Positions 22,951-34,466 of a stretch of DNA of 64,000 nucleotides are shown in pieces. Source of the stretch: Camelus ferus (Eukaryota); assembly GCF_009834535.1 (NCBI RefSeq), contig NC_045696.1, positions 67,334,001-67,398,000 of the forward strand, given 5' to 3'. The translations under genes and the position numbers were made by a program. Under the pieces are notes generated by a model. That model saw nothing but the letters and a program-made list of their open reading frames with translations. It was not told the DNA's origin and searched no databases. Every line of letters begins with the position of its first letter. The first letter of the stretch is position 1.

Positions 22951-24606
22951 TTTATTTATTAAACGTTCCCTGGATAGCTGCCTTGTTCTACCATTTATAG
23001 AAAACATAGACACCAGTAAACCACTAATATTGGATCATGAGATAGAAAAATGAGACTTGAGAAAAAGTTGAGTTCCGTGTGTAAATTTCCTCTCGTGGGG
23101 ATAGCTCAGATGCTGTAGATGGCACTCGTCACTCAGAGAGCTCATTATTTGAAGAGAGAGCCGGCTTTCTCCTCTGCTAATGAAAGTCACTTTTCGTAAT
23201 GACATCCTTGTGGAAACTTTTGGCTCCAGTCAGTAGCCATCTTTGGATCACAACCCAACTACTAGTTTTAAAGGGCAATTCAACCACTAGCCCCAAGCAG
23301 AAATGCCAATGTCACCGTGCCCTTCTCCAGTTCAAAAGAGTGGGCGTCACAGAATTCCAAGGCCATTCCAGCGCCGAAATTGAGGTGGTGAATGGCATGC
23401 TCTCAATATACACAAGCCAGTCCCTGGAGGAAGTTGTCGCCCAAAAAAATTTCAACAGGCTAAGCAGAGGATTGACTTTGGTGACAGTCTGCTTCTTAGT
23501 AAGTCAACAAATTGTTCTTTCACCTGGGGAAAATATGAAAAATAAAGAGAACACTTAATGTCACAGAAGGTCAGATCCCATAAAAGGCCCACGTGATATG
23601 TGGTCCAACCTTGCCATGTTGGCAGATGGAAAAACTGAGGCTCGGAAAGAAATTGCTTGCTCCAGGTCACAGAGAAAGCCAGTGGAAGTGTTGGGAGCCT
23701 CCCACAACCTCATACTCTTCACCCCTAGTCTCAGGGTCTCCACAATGTTCCTTTTGTGTCCCTTCCTTTCCATCTGTACCCTCTCCATATTTTCCCCTAA
23801 AAGAAAGAATGTTATTTTCATAAAAACTCACATCATTTGGCCCTATATTCAAGCCAGCATTTTATGCTTCAGATTTACTTCATCTCTTAGTTTGGATTTA
23901 CTCTGAATTTATTCCTGCCTCTGTTTTCTGAGCAGGACCTGTTTCATTGTGACCTTCAAAGTCAAGTGAAAGCAGAAAGGCCTTGGAGTTAGTAGGTGCC
24001 AAGGGATACCCCTCTGCCTTACAAAGGAGAACAAACAGTGGATGGACAGTACCATCAGTGTCGCCAGTCACAAGGGGTGATGGGAACCAGGCCTAATCTG
24101 GCTTGTTTCCAAAGTCCCCTTTATATAGGTCTTTGTGCCAAGGCCAGGGTTCCAGTCCTGCTGGTGAGCCACCATGCATCTCATGCAAGGAACTGTTCCC
24201 CTCTCTGGGCATCAGTTTCCTCCTCTGTAAACTAAGGTTCCTCCCAGCCTTAGCAGATTCTGTGGTGTGATGTGATGCTTTATCTAAATGCCTGAAGAAA
24301 TAATTTTTATTTTCCGTTTTGTTGCACACATTTCCTCAGGCAAGGCTGAGATTATTTTCACCAGGGATCATCACATGTGCCCCAAGCAGCTGAGATATGA
24401 TATAAAGAAGCAGTCAGAAGCCTTGGACGTGAGGGCCAATTCTGACACCTGCTAGCCCAGTTATTTACATAACCCCTCCTCTCCCGGGCTCTATCCTCCC
24501 ATTTGCAGACATAAGATGACGCCTTCCTCCTTGTTCTTCATTCAAAATCCATTTATTGAAAATCTACAATGGACCACAGTTGGTGCGAGGTTTTTGAGAT
24601 GTAGCC

Positions 24607-24665
24607 AAACTAAACAAACTATAAACAAACTATACAAACTATAACTAAACTATACAAACTATAAA
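24607..24665 (+). repeat. Short imperfect minisatellite (core aaactata)
   Basis: aaactaaacaaactataaacaaactatacaaactataactaaactatacaaactataaa. Confidence 0.85.
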
Positions 24666-25355
24666 TTATGAAATACTTTATAGATGGAAAATACTACCGA
24701 TATCTTTATTCACCTCTGATTTCAAATTTCTTATATGTCTAGCAGACTTGGATGACCCAGAGGGACTAAAACACAAGCTAAGATAGTAGAAAAATAAATG
24801 CAACCAAAAAGCGTGAAATTAGCATAGAAATTTATTTCGATAGTTCAAAAAATGTATTAAAGCTGTCATCACGTCATCAAAGTTCATCTTCTTTTGACTT
24901 TCTGATACTTATTTTATGACTTAAGATTATTTCCCAATTCCTAAGATGAGAACATTTTAGTTTTTCAATGTCTTGGGTCTCTTAAGGAATTAACCAGCCC
25001 TGATACCCTTCAGGTAACTCAATTCATTTCAGTATTTGTTTAAGGAGCACCCCTCTGGGTCAGAAACAGGTCTCTAAGGGTGGCATTAATGACCCAGAAG
25101 CATCCCAGGGTTGGGGGAGGGGAATTTGACTTTTATATCAGAATTCAAACTATTAGGCTTGAAATGTCTGACTCCTGTCACATCTGCCATTCAGCATTAT
25201 AAGGCAATAAACAGGCCTGCAGCAATAAGAGCAAGACGGCGCAGTGTGTGAATGTGAGGGCTCTGTGCAGGGCAGTTGCAGAACCTGCTGGGTTCCTCCC
25301 CATCTGAAAGCTCAGCAGAGATTCGGCTCAAATTGAGAAATGCCACTCCCCTCTG

Positions 25356-25369
25356 CCACCAGAGGGCCC
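25356..25369 (+). promoter_or_regulatory. Candidate CTCF site
   Basis: CCACCAGAGGGCCC, one mismatch from the core CCACCAGAGGGCGC. Motif match only. Confidence 0.5.
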
Positions 25370-25499
25370 CATCACCAGGTAATAGGGCAGAATTGTCAGC
25401 ATCTGAGTGAAAGATTCAGGCTAGGAAGTTCCACCAGTTGATGCCATGAGCACCTCATCCATGCCCTGTGTGTGATTTCAGTTTTCACCCTAATTAATA

Positions 25500-25720
25500 A
25501 CGAAGTATCTCCCACATAGTGGATGTGACATGACATACGTTATTTACTTAGTCCTTTCAGTAGTCCTGTGAGTTAATATTGCTATTATTGTTATATGGAT
25601 AAGAAAACTAAGACTGAGAGTGGTTAAACAATGTGCCCAAATCACGCAGCTAGAAAGAGATAGAAGCAAGATTTGAATCCAAGACTCTGATTTCAAAGTT
25701 CAAATTCTTAGCCATAAGGC
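25500..25720 (-). mobile_element. MIR
   Basis: 'gataagaaaactaagactgagagtggttaaacaatgtgcccaaatcacgcagctagaaagagatagaagcaagatttgaatccaag'. Confidence 0.8.
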
Positions 25721-26070
25721 CGCGTTTTTCCTGTTTCCTGGATAACTCAAACAGCTTTTAGTTCATCTTGAACCCAGCAGAGAGTTCAGGAAATGGAACG
25801 ATCATGCTAGGTGAGAAGGCAGCTTGGGAAATAACCCAGCTTCCAGGGGGAGCTGAGCTCCTCCTTAACTGAGTGGGAGGGAGCCGGGAAGGGGGAGGAA
25901 GCAGAGGAGACATGCTATCCTAAGGTGGCCTAGGCTGGTCTGTGCTGCAAGCATCCTCCCAGATTCTGTCTTCATCCGTCACACCCAGAGCTGTGACGTT
26001 ATCCAGATAAAGAGCTAAGGGATCCCAGTCCGAGCTGCCGCTGCTTTCAGCCTAAAATTAAGACGAGTCT

Positions 26071-26080
26071 GGGGAATCCC
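26071..26080 (+). promoter_or_regulatory. NF-kB consensus site in a GC-enriched unique region
   Basis: GGGGAATCCC fits GGGRNWYYCC and overlaps an ETS-like CCGGAA. Confidence 0.35.
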
Positions 26081-28659
26081 GGAACTTTAGAGGGAGTGCT
26101 CAGGACTGAACAGACTTATTTCCCCCAGGAAATAAGTCAGTCTAAGGAATAGTCACCAGAGCCCAGGCAGAGATGCCTGAAACTGCATCTGAGCTGGAGA
26201 GGAGGAATAGACTCCTCACTTAGCTCACTCCCTTAGGACTTGTGCCCAGATAGTGGGGAAAGAAGACCTGCAATAAACCCTTAATGGGGTGTTTTCACCC
26301 ATCGTCCCCATAAGGCTTTGGGAGTAAGGGGTCACACCACCACGGGGACAATGGAGGGAGGGAGGGATTTCCTCCGTCTTACAGACACCAGCCCTTACAG
26401 ACACCAGCCGTAGCACCAGCATCAGCAGTGCCATCAGCTTCAGAGGGAAGCCGTGGAAGTCCTCTTAATGGTGGACAGCATGGCATTTTGACACCATTAG
26501 CAGTTGCCAAGGAAGCAAAGCAGTTTGCCCGAGGTGGGGTTTAGAGGACAAGGAGAGAGCCTAAGAGAACCCTTGGCACCGCCCACAGAGCATGCCAACA
26601 GCAGGGACAGCGATGAAACTACCAGGGCAGCAGGCACTTCGGCAGCCAAGACCGAGGAAGCTATCTATGCATCCACAGGTGCACCCCTGAGGACACCTAG
26701 AAATGACTGGGGGTGGGGTGGACAGAGAGGAGTCGACATCCAATATCTCACTGTTTTCTTGAATTCCTATGGAGAGAGGAAAGTCTGTTTAATCTTCTTT
26801 AAAATTAACTCATCTTCATTAAAATTCATCTCATTCATCCACCACAATGAGGATGTCCTGTAGAAGATAAGATTTATAAGAAACATGATCTCACTTCATG
26901 GAGGGAGGTGAGATCCAAGACTTATAACCTGGTCCCAGAGAAGCAGGGAGGTGGCTTCCCAGTCACAGCCTCTATCAAGCAGAGTGTACACGCTCTCTTA
27001 AGGATGGGAGGATGTCTCTTAAAGTAATGGATCCATGGCCTGGTTCCAGCAGAGCCTTGCTAGGGAGATCAGCTTAATCAGCTGACTTATTAGGGGATGG
27101 CTATTGGTGGAGAGAATTCCCCAGCAGGCTAGAGCTGTGTTAATTAACTTCTCGAAAGCCACTTCCAGCTCTAATGTTCTGTGGTTCTTTGAAAAATCGA
27201 AAAATCTGGAGTGAGAGGGAGATGTGAGAATGAGCTCCTTCCTGAGGTTCCATCCGAGTCGGGACAAACATTGCTTATTTCCTAGTTTTCCTGAAATGAT
27301 AGGAAAACAAGTGAAAATTCTCTCTTAATAACTTAGTGTTCAAAACTAGAGTTCTGCTAAAATTGAAAAACCCTTGTGGCTCTGGGTACACGTTTTCACA
27401 GCCATATTCACTTGTGGAGTTGCTTCCCTTTTCTACCTTAAGGGAAAGAGCGGAAGGGGTCTCCAAACCTCCGTGGAGACTCCAAATGTCCGCTCTCAGG
27501 GACGCCATGTGTTTCTTTTATTTGGCTGTCACTAAAATCTATATTCTGTCACCACGGCTTCATCCTGTGGTAACAACACTTTTTTAAAATATTTCACTAT
27601 ATTCCTAATATTTTTGATGGAGTTACCTTTCCAGATAGTTTCCACAGCAGAGCACTGAAAAGTTGGAAGGTGCAAGGGAAGGGGCAGTATGTGGGTGTGG
27701 ACAATGGCCTAGGACTGAGGTGGAATGGGGCATCTACCTTCCTACCGGGCGGAAAGATTTAGCAAAGAATGCAAGCCTGCAGACTCAGAGAGCCAGCTCT
27801 AGCTTGACTATACTTTGTTTCTCTCTGGTGTTTCCAGGGAGCAAAATCTCCTGCCCCAAAATATGATGCTCTGACTACCTTTCTATATGCCATCTATGGC
27901 TCTCTGTAAGTTTCTCTAGGGTATAGACCCAGATGAGGGATTTCTGGTCATGGGATACACGTATACTCAATTTCCTGACAGATTGCTCTCCAGAATGGCC
28001 CACCAGTTTCCACTCCCATCAGCCGTGCATGGGGATTCTCATGTCCCCACATCTGTGCCAACAACAGTACCATCTGACTTTCTAATTTTTACCAATATGA
28101 TGAGTGTGAAATGAGTCTCACTGTGGTTTTAATTTATATCTCTCTGATTGCTTCTGATGTTGGGGATCTCTTCATGAACATGTAGGTAATTTGGGTTTCC
28201 TCTTCTGTGAATTGCCTATTCATAGTCTTTGCCAACTCCTCTTTTTTTGTTGATGTTGATTTGCAGGAATTGCTTAATTATTCTAGATATTAATCCCCTG
28301 TCAGTTTTAAATGTTGTAATTATCTTCTCTCAGTCTGTCTCCCATCTGTTACCTTTATCTACAGTGCCCTTCATTGAAGAGAAATTCTTAATTTTTATGT
28401 GGTCAGATCCACTTTTTCTCATTAAGGTTTGAACTTTTGGGGTACTGTTTGAGAAACATCTCCCACCTCAAGGTCACCAAACTGTCCTCCAATATTTTCT
28501 TACTAGTTTATAATTTATCTGCACATTTAGGAGTTCCATGCATTAGATATTGTATTGATTCTTATTTTTCCCTATTTATTAAGCCACTTTTGACAATACG
28601 ATAGGCTGAAAAAAAAATCTATCTTTCCTCCATTGATCTTTTTATATTAGCCTAGTACA

Positions 28660-28792
28660 TATAAGAACATCTTATAATTTATAATCCCAACTGGAAAACA
28701 TTTGAGAGTAAAAGGGGATACTATTTGTAATTTTGCTAGGCCAACAGGCACAAAGTTAGGACTTTGCTAGACACATTGGAATAGTCACCTTA
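28660..28792 (+). mobile_element. hAT-Blackjack MITE, MER94-like
   Basis: 'tataatttataatcccaactggaaaacatttgagagtaaaaggggatactatt...caacaggcacaaagttaggact...gtcacctta' follows the MER94 layout. Confidence 0.6.
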
Positions 28793-29729
28793 ATTTTATA
28801 CCATACTTCATACGGGATTGTTTATGACTCTTTAATTTGTTCCATTATTCTATTTATCTGTTTATATTATAGGCCACATTATTTTCTTTTATCCTTATAT
28901 AGTAATACAGAGTAGAGCAAATGTGCCCTTTGGCTTTTCTTTTCCAAAATTATCATTTACTTATGGACTTTGATTTTTCAAAATATATTTTGGGCCCAGT
29001 ACTTCAGGTTTCTCTGCAGAGGTTTTGATTATAATTCCATGTGCAGTTTATTTAATCTGGGAAAATTTGACATCTTAAAATGTTAAGTTATCCCATCCAT
29101 GAATATAGTTTGTCTCTACATTTATTTAAATCGCCTTGTATGCCTTTAGATAGAGACATTAATGTCTCCAAAGTCATCTTGTACACTTTTTATTAGGTTA
29201 ACAGTATTTATATTTTAAAGTTGTATTGGTACACTGTGAATGGCAAATATAGTTTACTTATTCATTTCTGGTGTGGAGAATGCTATTGGTTATTTGTAAG
29301 ATCATCATTTATCCAAATTATGACTCTACACCAAATATTGTAAAAGATTGCGCTAGTTTCCATAAATGATTATGTCATCTGAAACTCTCTCCTCCCAATA
29401 TTAATACTTCATTGTGTTTGTTGCTTTATTGTTTTGGTTATATTCTGCAGCATTAGGTTAACTAGTAGTGGTGGCATAAGGCTTTCTTGTCTTACATGAA
29501 ATATATCTAAATTTCCTTCTTTAAATAAAATATTTGCTGGAAATACTTCATAGATAGCTTTTAGCTAGTTAATGGGGTACTTTCTTGTGCCTATCTTTGT
29601 TTAAAAAATTGTGTTATAAGGCAAAATTTGAATTTTATTTGATAATTTTCTACCTCTATTGAATTAGGCATATGATTTATTTCCTTAGTAAATTAATATG
29701 GTATGTTATGTTGATAATTGTTTTGACTT

Positions 29730-30250
29730 TATAGTTTATCTTTTTTCAATTCTTTTTTTATTGAAGTATAGTCAGTTTACAATGTTGTGTTAATTTCTAG
29801 TGGAAAGCATAGTAATTCAGTTATACATATATCTATATTTTTTCATATTCTTTTTCATTATAGGCTGTTACAAGGTAATGAATATAGTTCGCTGTGCTAT
29901 ACAATAGGACCTTGCTGTTTATCTGTTTTATATGTAGCAGTGTGTATCTGCAAATCTTGAACTCCTAATTTATTCCTTCATGCCCCCCACCCTTTCCCCT
30001 CCAGTAACCACAAATTTGTTTTCTATGTCTGTGAGCCTGTTTCTGTTTTGTAAATAAGTTCACTTGTTTCATTTTTGTAGATTCCACATGTAAGTGATAT
30101 CATATAGTATTTTACTTTCTCTTTCTGACTTACTTCATTTAGTATGACAATCTCCAGGTCCATCCATGTTGCCACAAATGGCATTATTTTATTCTTTTCT
30201 ATGGCTGAATAGTATTCCCTTATATGTATCTATACTATAAATTCTTTATA
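29730..30250 (-). mobile_element. Younger L1 3' end (about 0.5 kb) nested in the old L1
   Basis: 'ttttattgaagtatagtcagtttacaatgttgtgttaatttctag...ccaggtccatccatgttgccacaaatggcattattttattc'. Possible degenerate TSD ttgataatt..ttga at about 29711 and 30253. Confidence 0.9.
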
Positions 30251-31999
30251 CATTGATAATTTTTGATGTGAAAACCTGCTTACATTATTGAGATAAACCA
30301 TATAAGATTGTGATTTTTTCCCTAAAATAATGTAAATTGTGATCTAATGATTATTTTGAGATTTTCACATCTATGTTTATAAATAAAATCGGCCTTTTTT
30401 AACAGATAACATTTTTATACAGTCAGAAATCGATGCCACACTAGCCTCAGAAAGCAGTTCAGGCACCTCAGCCTTTCTTACTTCTTTCATTATCTAGGAC
30501 ACTTGTATAAAGAGGTTTTCTTTTGTTTGTTTTTTGTTTTTTGTTTTTAACAAAATCACTTACAAACCATTTTAGTAGAGGATAGAAACTGGGGACTTTT
30601 CCAATAATCACTTCAATTTCTTTTATGATGTTTGAATTTGGAATTTTTTTTAATTTCAAATTTTCTATTTCTACTTCTGCTACTTCTGAAATTTTTTTTT
30701 CAAAAATGTATCTATTCTATCTAGGTTTATCAGTTTATAGGTTTTAATAGTATTTGCTGTTTGTGTAATCTCCTTTACACCTATAATTATATGTTATAAT
30801 TATGCATTACACTTATATGATGCCATGCATCTGTTCATTACATCTAGAGGTATATCTTTTCATTCTGTGTTTTGCTGATTTTCATTTTCTTTTTTTTTAT
30901 CAGTATTACCAAGTACCTATATATCATATTTAAACTTTAAATTCAAACATTAAAACTTATTTATTTGTCCTCATTTATATATTCTTATTGTTCTTTATTT
31001 CATTAATTTTATCTTCTCTTTATTATTTTTTTCTTGATCATTTATATGGGATAATGTTAAGCTGTTGCTGTTTTACTTCTTCAGTGGAGAACTTCTTTAA
31101 GTTTTTATTTTCATAGATGTTTCTAAAACATCAAATTTCCTTCTAAATGTGGTTGTTTAAATCCTTTATGCTTTTGATTTCTTTTATCCATTTTAATTAA
31201 CAGTTTTCAAGAAAAAGAAACAGACTGCCCATCTCCAGATAGTAATTTACGTTTATTCCACCATAGTTCTGTGAGTTGTTGCTTAATTACATTTGAACAC
31301 ACGTTGTTATGTTGGAAGTAAATATATTTACGATTGCTGTATATCTTCATCTGTTGTTCATGTTACCAGTATATTACATTTATCCTTTTTCCTGATGATA
31401 ATTTTGTCCATTTCTAAATTGTTCAAAATTGAAATTGCTGTTCTGACTAACTAACAGACTGTATTTGTCTAGTATCTTTTATGCCTTTATTTTCAATATT
31501 CCTGTATATTCTTCTTTAAATATAACTTATATAGATAATAAATGGGCACTTCTAATCCAAACTGAAAAGGTCTGTTTGGGGAGGATGAGTATAATCCATT
31601 TATATTTATTATAATTACTACTTTGTTAGAACTAACTTCTGCCAAATTGTTGTGTGCAGTTTTTTTATTTATAAAAATTTTATTTATTTCCTATTTTTTC
31701 TCCCAATATAGCTATCATTGAATATATCAAAATTTCTTCTGGTTACTTGGAAATGATACATTGTATTTTAAATAGAATAATGAAATAATTCTTAAATTAT
31801 CAAGACACATACCTATATTTAAATCACTAACATTTTAAAGGCTAATGAATATCTATATATTTTCCATGACTTAACATGCTCTCTGAACATTTTGTCTCCT
31901 CCTGCATTTCCTCAAGCCTTGTTAGCATCATATATATAGATTACTTGATAACTTTTTTCTTTTACTAAAAGAGGTAGCAATTTTACTAAGTTACTTGCT

Positions 32000-32410
32000 T
32001 AGTTGTCTCCAGTATCCATTTTCCCTCTTTCCTGTAGTGAGAGAGCCCCTGGCTTTTAGTTCAGCACACAGCCTCCCAAAATAAAGGCTGCATTCCCCAG
32101 CCTCATCTGAAGCATGATTGTGTGATAAAGTTCTGGCCAAAGATATGTGAGAAGTGATATGTGCAAATTTTGGAATATTTTCTTTAAAAGAAGGGACATG
32201 ACTTTTATTTTTGTCTTCTTTCGTCCAGCTATTTGAAACATATTTTAGTTAAGAGACATTTTTGACCATCAATGGTAGCAACATTCTTAAGAGAAAAGAT
32301 TAATTAGATATAAACATCCAGGATTTTTGGCAACCTGATGAAGCAAAACCATCTCACCAACCCTGGACCACTACCACTTAATTCTTTTGTGAGAGAAAAA
32401 TAATTCATCT
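32000..32410 (+). mobile_element. Old MaLR LTR (MLT1H/I/J-like), interrupted; resumes at about 32858-32920
   Basis: 'ctgcattccccagcctc...aagttctggccaaagatatgtgagaagtgatatgtgcaa'. Confidence 0.6.
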
Positions 32411-32412
32411 CT

Positions 32413-32857
32413 TGTATTTTGGTTTTCTCTTGCTCCTGTAACTAACTGTAACAATCTAACTGGATTAAGTAAGTTTAGTACCATACAGTTTTGAACATCA
32501 AAAGTCCTAATTCAAGGAGTAGACAGGGCCATATCCCTTCTGGTGGTCCTAAGGAAGAATCTGTTTCCTTGCCTTTTTCAGCATCTAGAAGTTACCTGCA
32601 TTCCTTGGATCATGGACCCTTCTTTGTATCACTCCAGCCTCTCCTTCAGTCATCAAATGTCCTGTTCTGATCTGAGCTGCCTGGCTCCTTCTTATAAGGA
32701 CTCTTATGCTGAGCCCACCCATAGAATTCATGATAATCTCTTTATTTTAAAATGTGCAGCTGTATCCCAAAGGCAAAGTCTCTTTTGCCGTTTAGTTACA
32801 TATTCATAAGTTACAGAGATTAGGATCTTTGAAGGGAACAGTATTATACCTACAACA
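32413..32857 (-). mobile_element. MaLR LTR (MLT1C/D-like) nested in the older MLT1
   Basis: TG...CA termini. 'aggaagaatctgtttccttgcctttttcagcatctagaagttacctgcattccttggatcatgg' is characteristic of MLT1. Confidence 0.75.
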
Positions 32858-33599
32858 CCTTACTTAAATAACTGTTACTTCAGACTAGTTTTACACATAG
32901 CTAGACCCAAATTCTAATATTTCCTTACTTCCCAAGTTCTATTAATTTCTTCTAATTATTGCTTCCTTTGTTATTTTTTATTGTTTCTTTTCTTGTTAAG
33001 ATACTACTTCCAAGAGTGCTTGCAAAGAAGGTCTTTGGAAAACTCTTTTTAATATGTCATACACAGTCTCAGCCTCCCAACTTCTCAATCAAGGGTTGCC
33101 TGAAACTTCCTTTCTTAGTCTCAACCACCTCTCCACCTAAGCCAATCATCAATAGCATTAATAAAGAACCCCATCTTGTACATATTTATATTTCAAGGGC
33201 CTAAAACAAAGCCTAGAAGACAGTATTTGCTCAGTAAAAGTTTGCTGAATGAAGCACTGAATTGGTCTTTATGTGACATCCACAGTGATAAAGGAAAAGC
33301 CAACAATATAAGGGATGTAGACACTAGAGAAGACGTTCATTTACCTCTCAGTATTGCGCGTCTTGACTTCCAGAGCTATCCACATCATGTAAAAAGGCTT
33401 GACATAAATGTGTAAATATATATATAACACCAATCATACATGTATCAGGTACCTGTGTACCATGTATCCTGTAAGGTTGATAGGACTTGTCCACTTTTCA
33501 ACTTTACACAGTTTTCTGTATCCCTTTTAATTTTGTATTGAATATTTTCTCTAGCAATTGGTGATGGAGTCCTGGCATTGATGACAGTAGCCATCTAAT

Positions 33600-33855
33600 A
33601 TTGTGGTTCCAAGCACAGACACTGGAGCCAGATAGTTTGGATTCAGACGCTGAGTCTGTCTCTTACTAGCTGTATGATCTTAGACCAGTTACTCAGCATT
33701 TGCATGCCTTAGTTTTCTCATCTGTAAAATGGAATAATAGTGATAACAGGAGCTAGCTGATAAGATTTATGAACAGATTAAATGAGTTAATAAACATAAA
33801 GCACTTAAATAGTTTCTGGTGAGTAGTAAGCTTTATATGTGCTAGTTATTATTTT
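33600..33855 (+). mobile_element. MIR, near full length
   Basis: 'ggagccagatagtttggattcag...cttactagctgtatgatcttag...ccttagttttctcatctgtaaaatgg...aaagcacttaaatag'. Confidence 0.88.
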
Positions 33856-34048
33856 TTAAAATGGCATTTGTGAAACCTTCAATCAATTTCAAATAAATTA
33901 AATCTTCTTTCCCTTATACTTTATTCTACAGTTTGCATGAGCAGTAGCAAGATGGAATCCCTCCCATCCCATGAGAGATTGTCACATATGGCCATCTGTC
34001 ATTAACTCTTCCTCCTGCCTCTAAGAGAGGTGGTCCCCTCCACTCCCT

Positions 34049-34090
34049 GGGTGGAAAGGGGTGGAATAGGGTGGAATGGGGTGGATGGGG
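34049..34090 (+). repeat. 10-bp-period G-rich tandem repeat with G-quadruplex motif
   Basis: GGG tggaaa GGGG tggaata GGG tggaat GGGG tggat GGGG. Confidence 0.8.
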
Positions 34091-34359
34091 CATGGAAGCG
34101 TGACCTGGAATAACCCTTCCAGACCCTCTCTTTGCTTCTTCCCCTGCAAAAGACTAGCCCACATTTAATTTTTATTCAGTTTAACTGGGAATAATGATTG
34201 GAAGAATGGGAAACTGAATTTGGTTTCAACTCAAAGCCAAATTATCCAATCCAGATTTATTAGGGAAAATAAAAAGCTAAGCCCATTGTCTTTTGATTCC
34301 TGAGCCCACTGACTATTCAAAACTCATTTGAGAAAGGCGTATGAGTGACGCCTCAAAGA

Positions 34360-34466
34360 TAGTGTTGCCAGATGAAATACAGGATGCTCAGTTAAAATCA
34401 AATTTAAATTTAACTGTGCGTTGGTTTTATTTTTGTTTTTGTCTTTTGTTAAATCTGACAACTCTA
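34360..34466 (+). mobile_element. Internally deleted MER53-like hAT MITE (palindromic)
   Basis: TIRs tagtgttgccagat and atctgacaactcta (12/14 complementary). Inner inverted arms cagttaaa and tttaactg. 'gatgaaatacaggatgctcagttaaa' matches the MER53 start. Confidence 0.8.

Larger units (their letters stand above)
27880..31900 (-). mobile_element. Old L1M ORF2 relic containing a nested MER94-like MITE and a young L1
   Basis: Reverse ORF2 motifs such as 'ccagtttccactcccatcagccgtgcatggggattc', 'ctcactgtggttttaatttatatctctctgatt' and 'ttctagatattaatcccctgtcag'. T-rich and very diverged. Confidence 0.75.

Noticed and set aside
24670..25003. Possible hAT-Tip100-like remnant ending 'ttaaccagccctg'
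   Set aside because: Only one terminus-like motif is recognisable, too little to call without a Dfam search.
26752..26766. Minus-strand 15-nt microexon (ctttcctctctccatag|gaattcaagaaaaca|gtgaga)
   Set aside because: The splice signals look plausible, but the next acceptor is only about 55 nt away and there is no host gene evidence.
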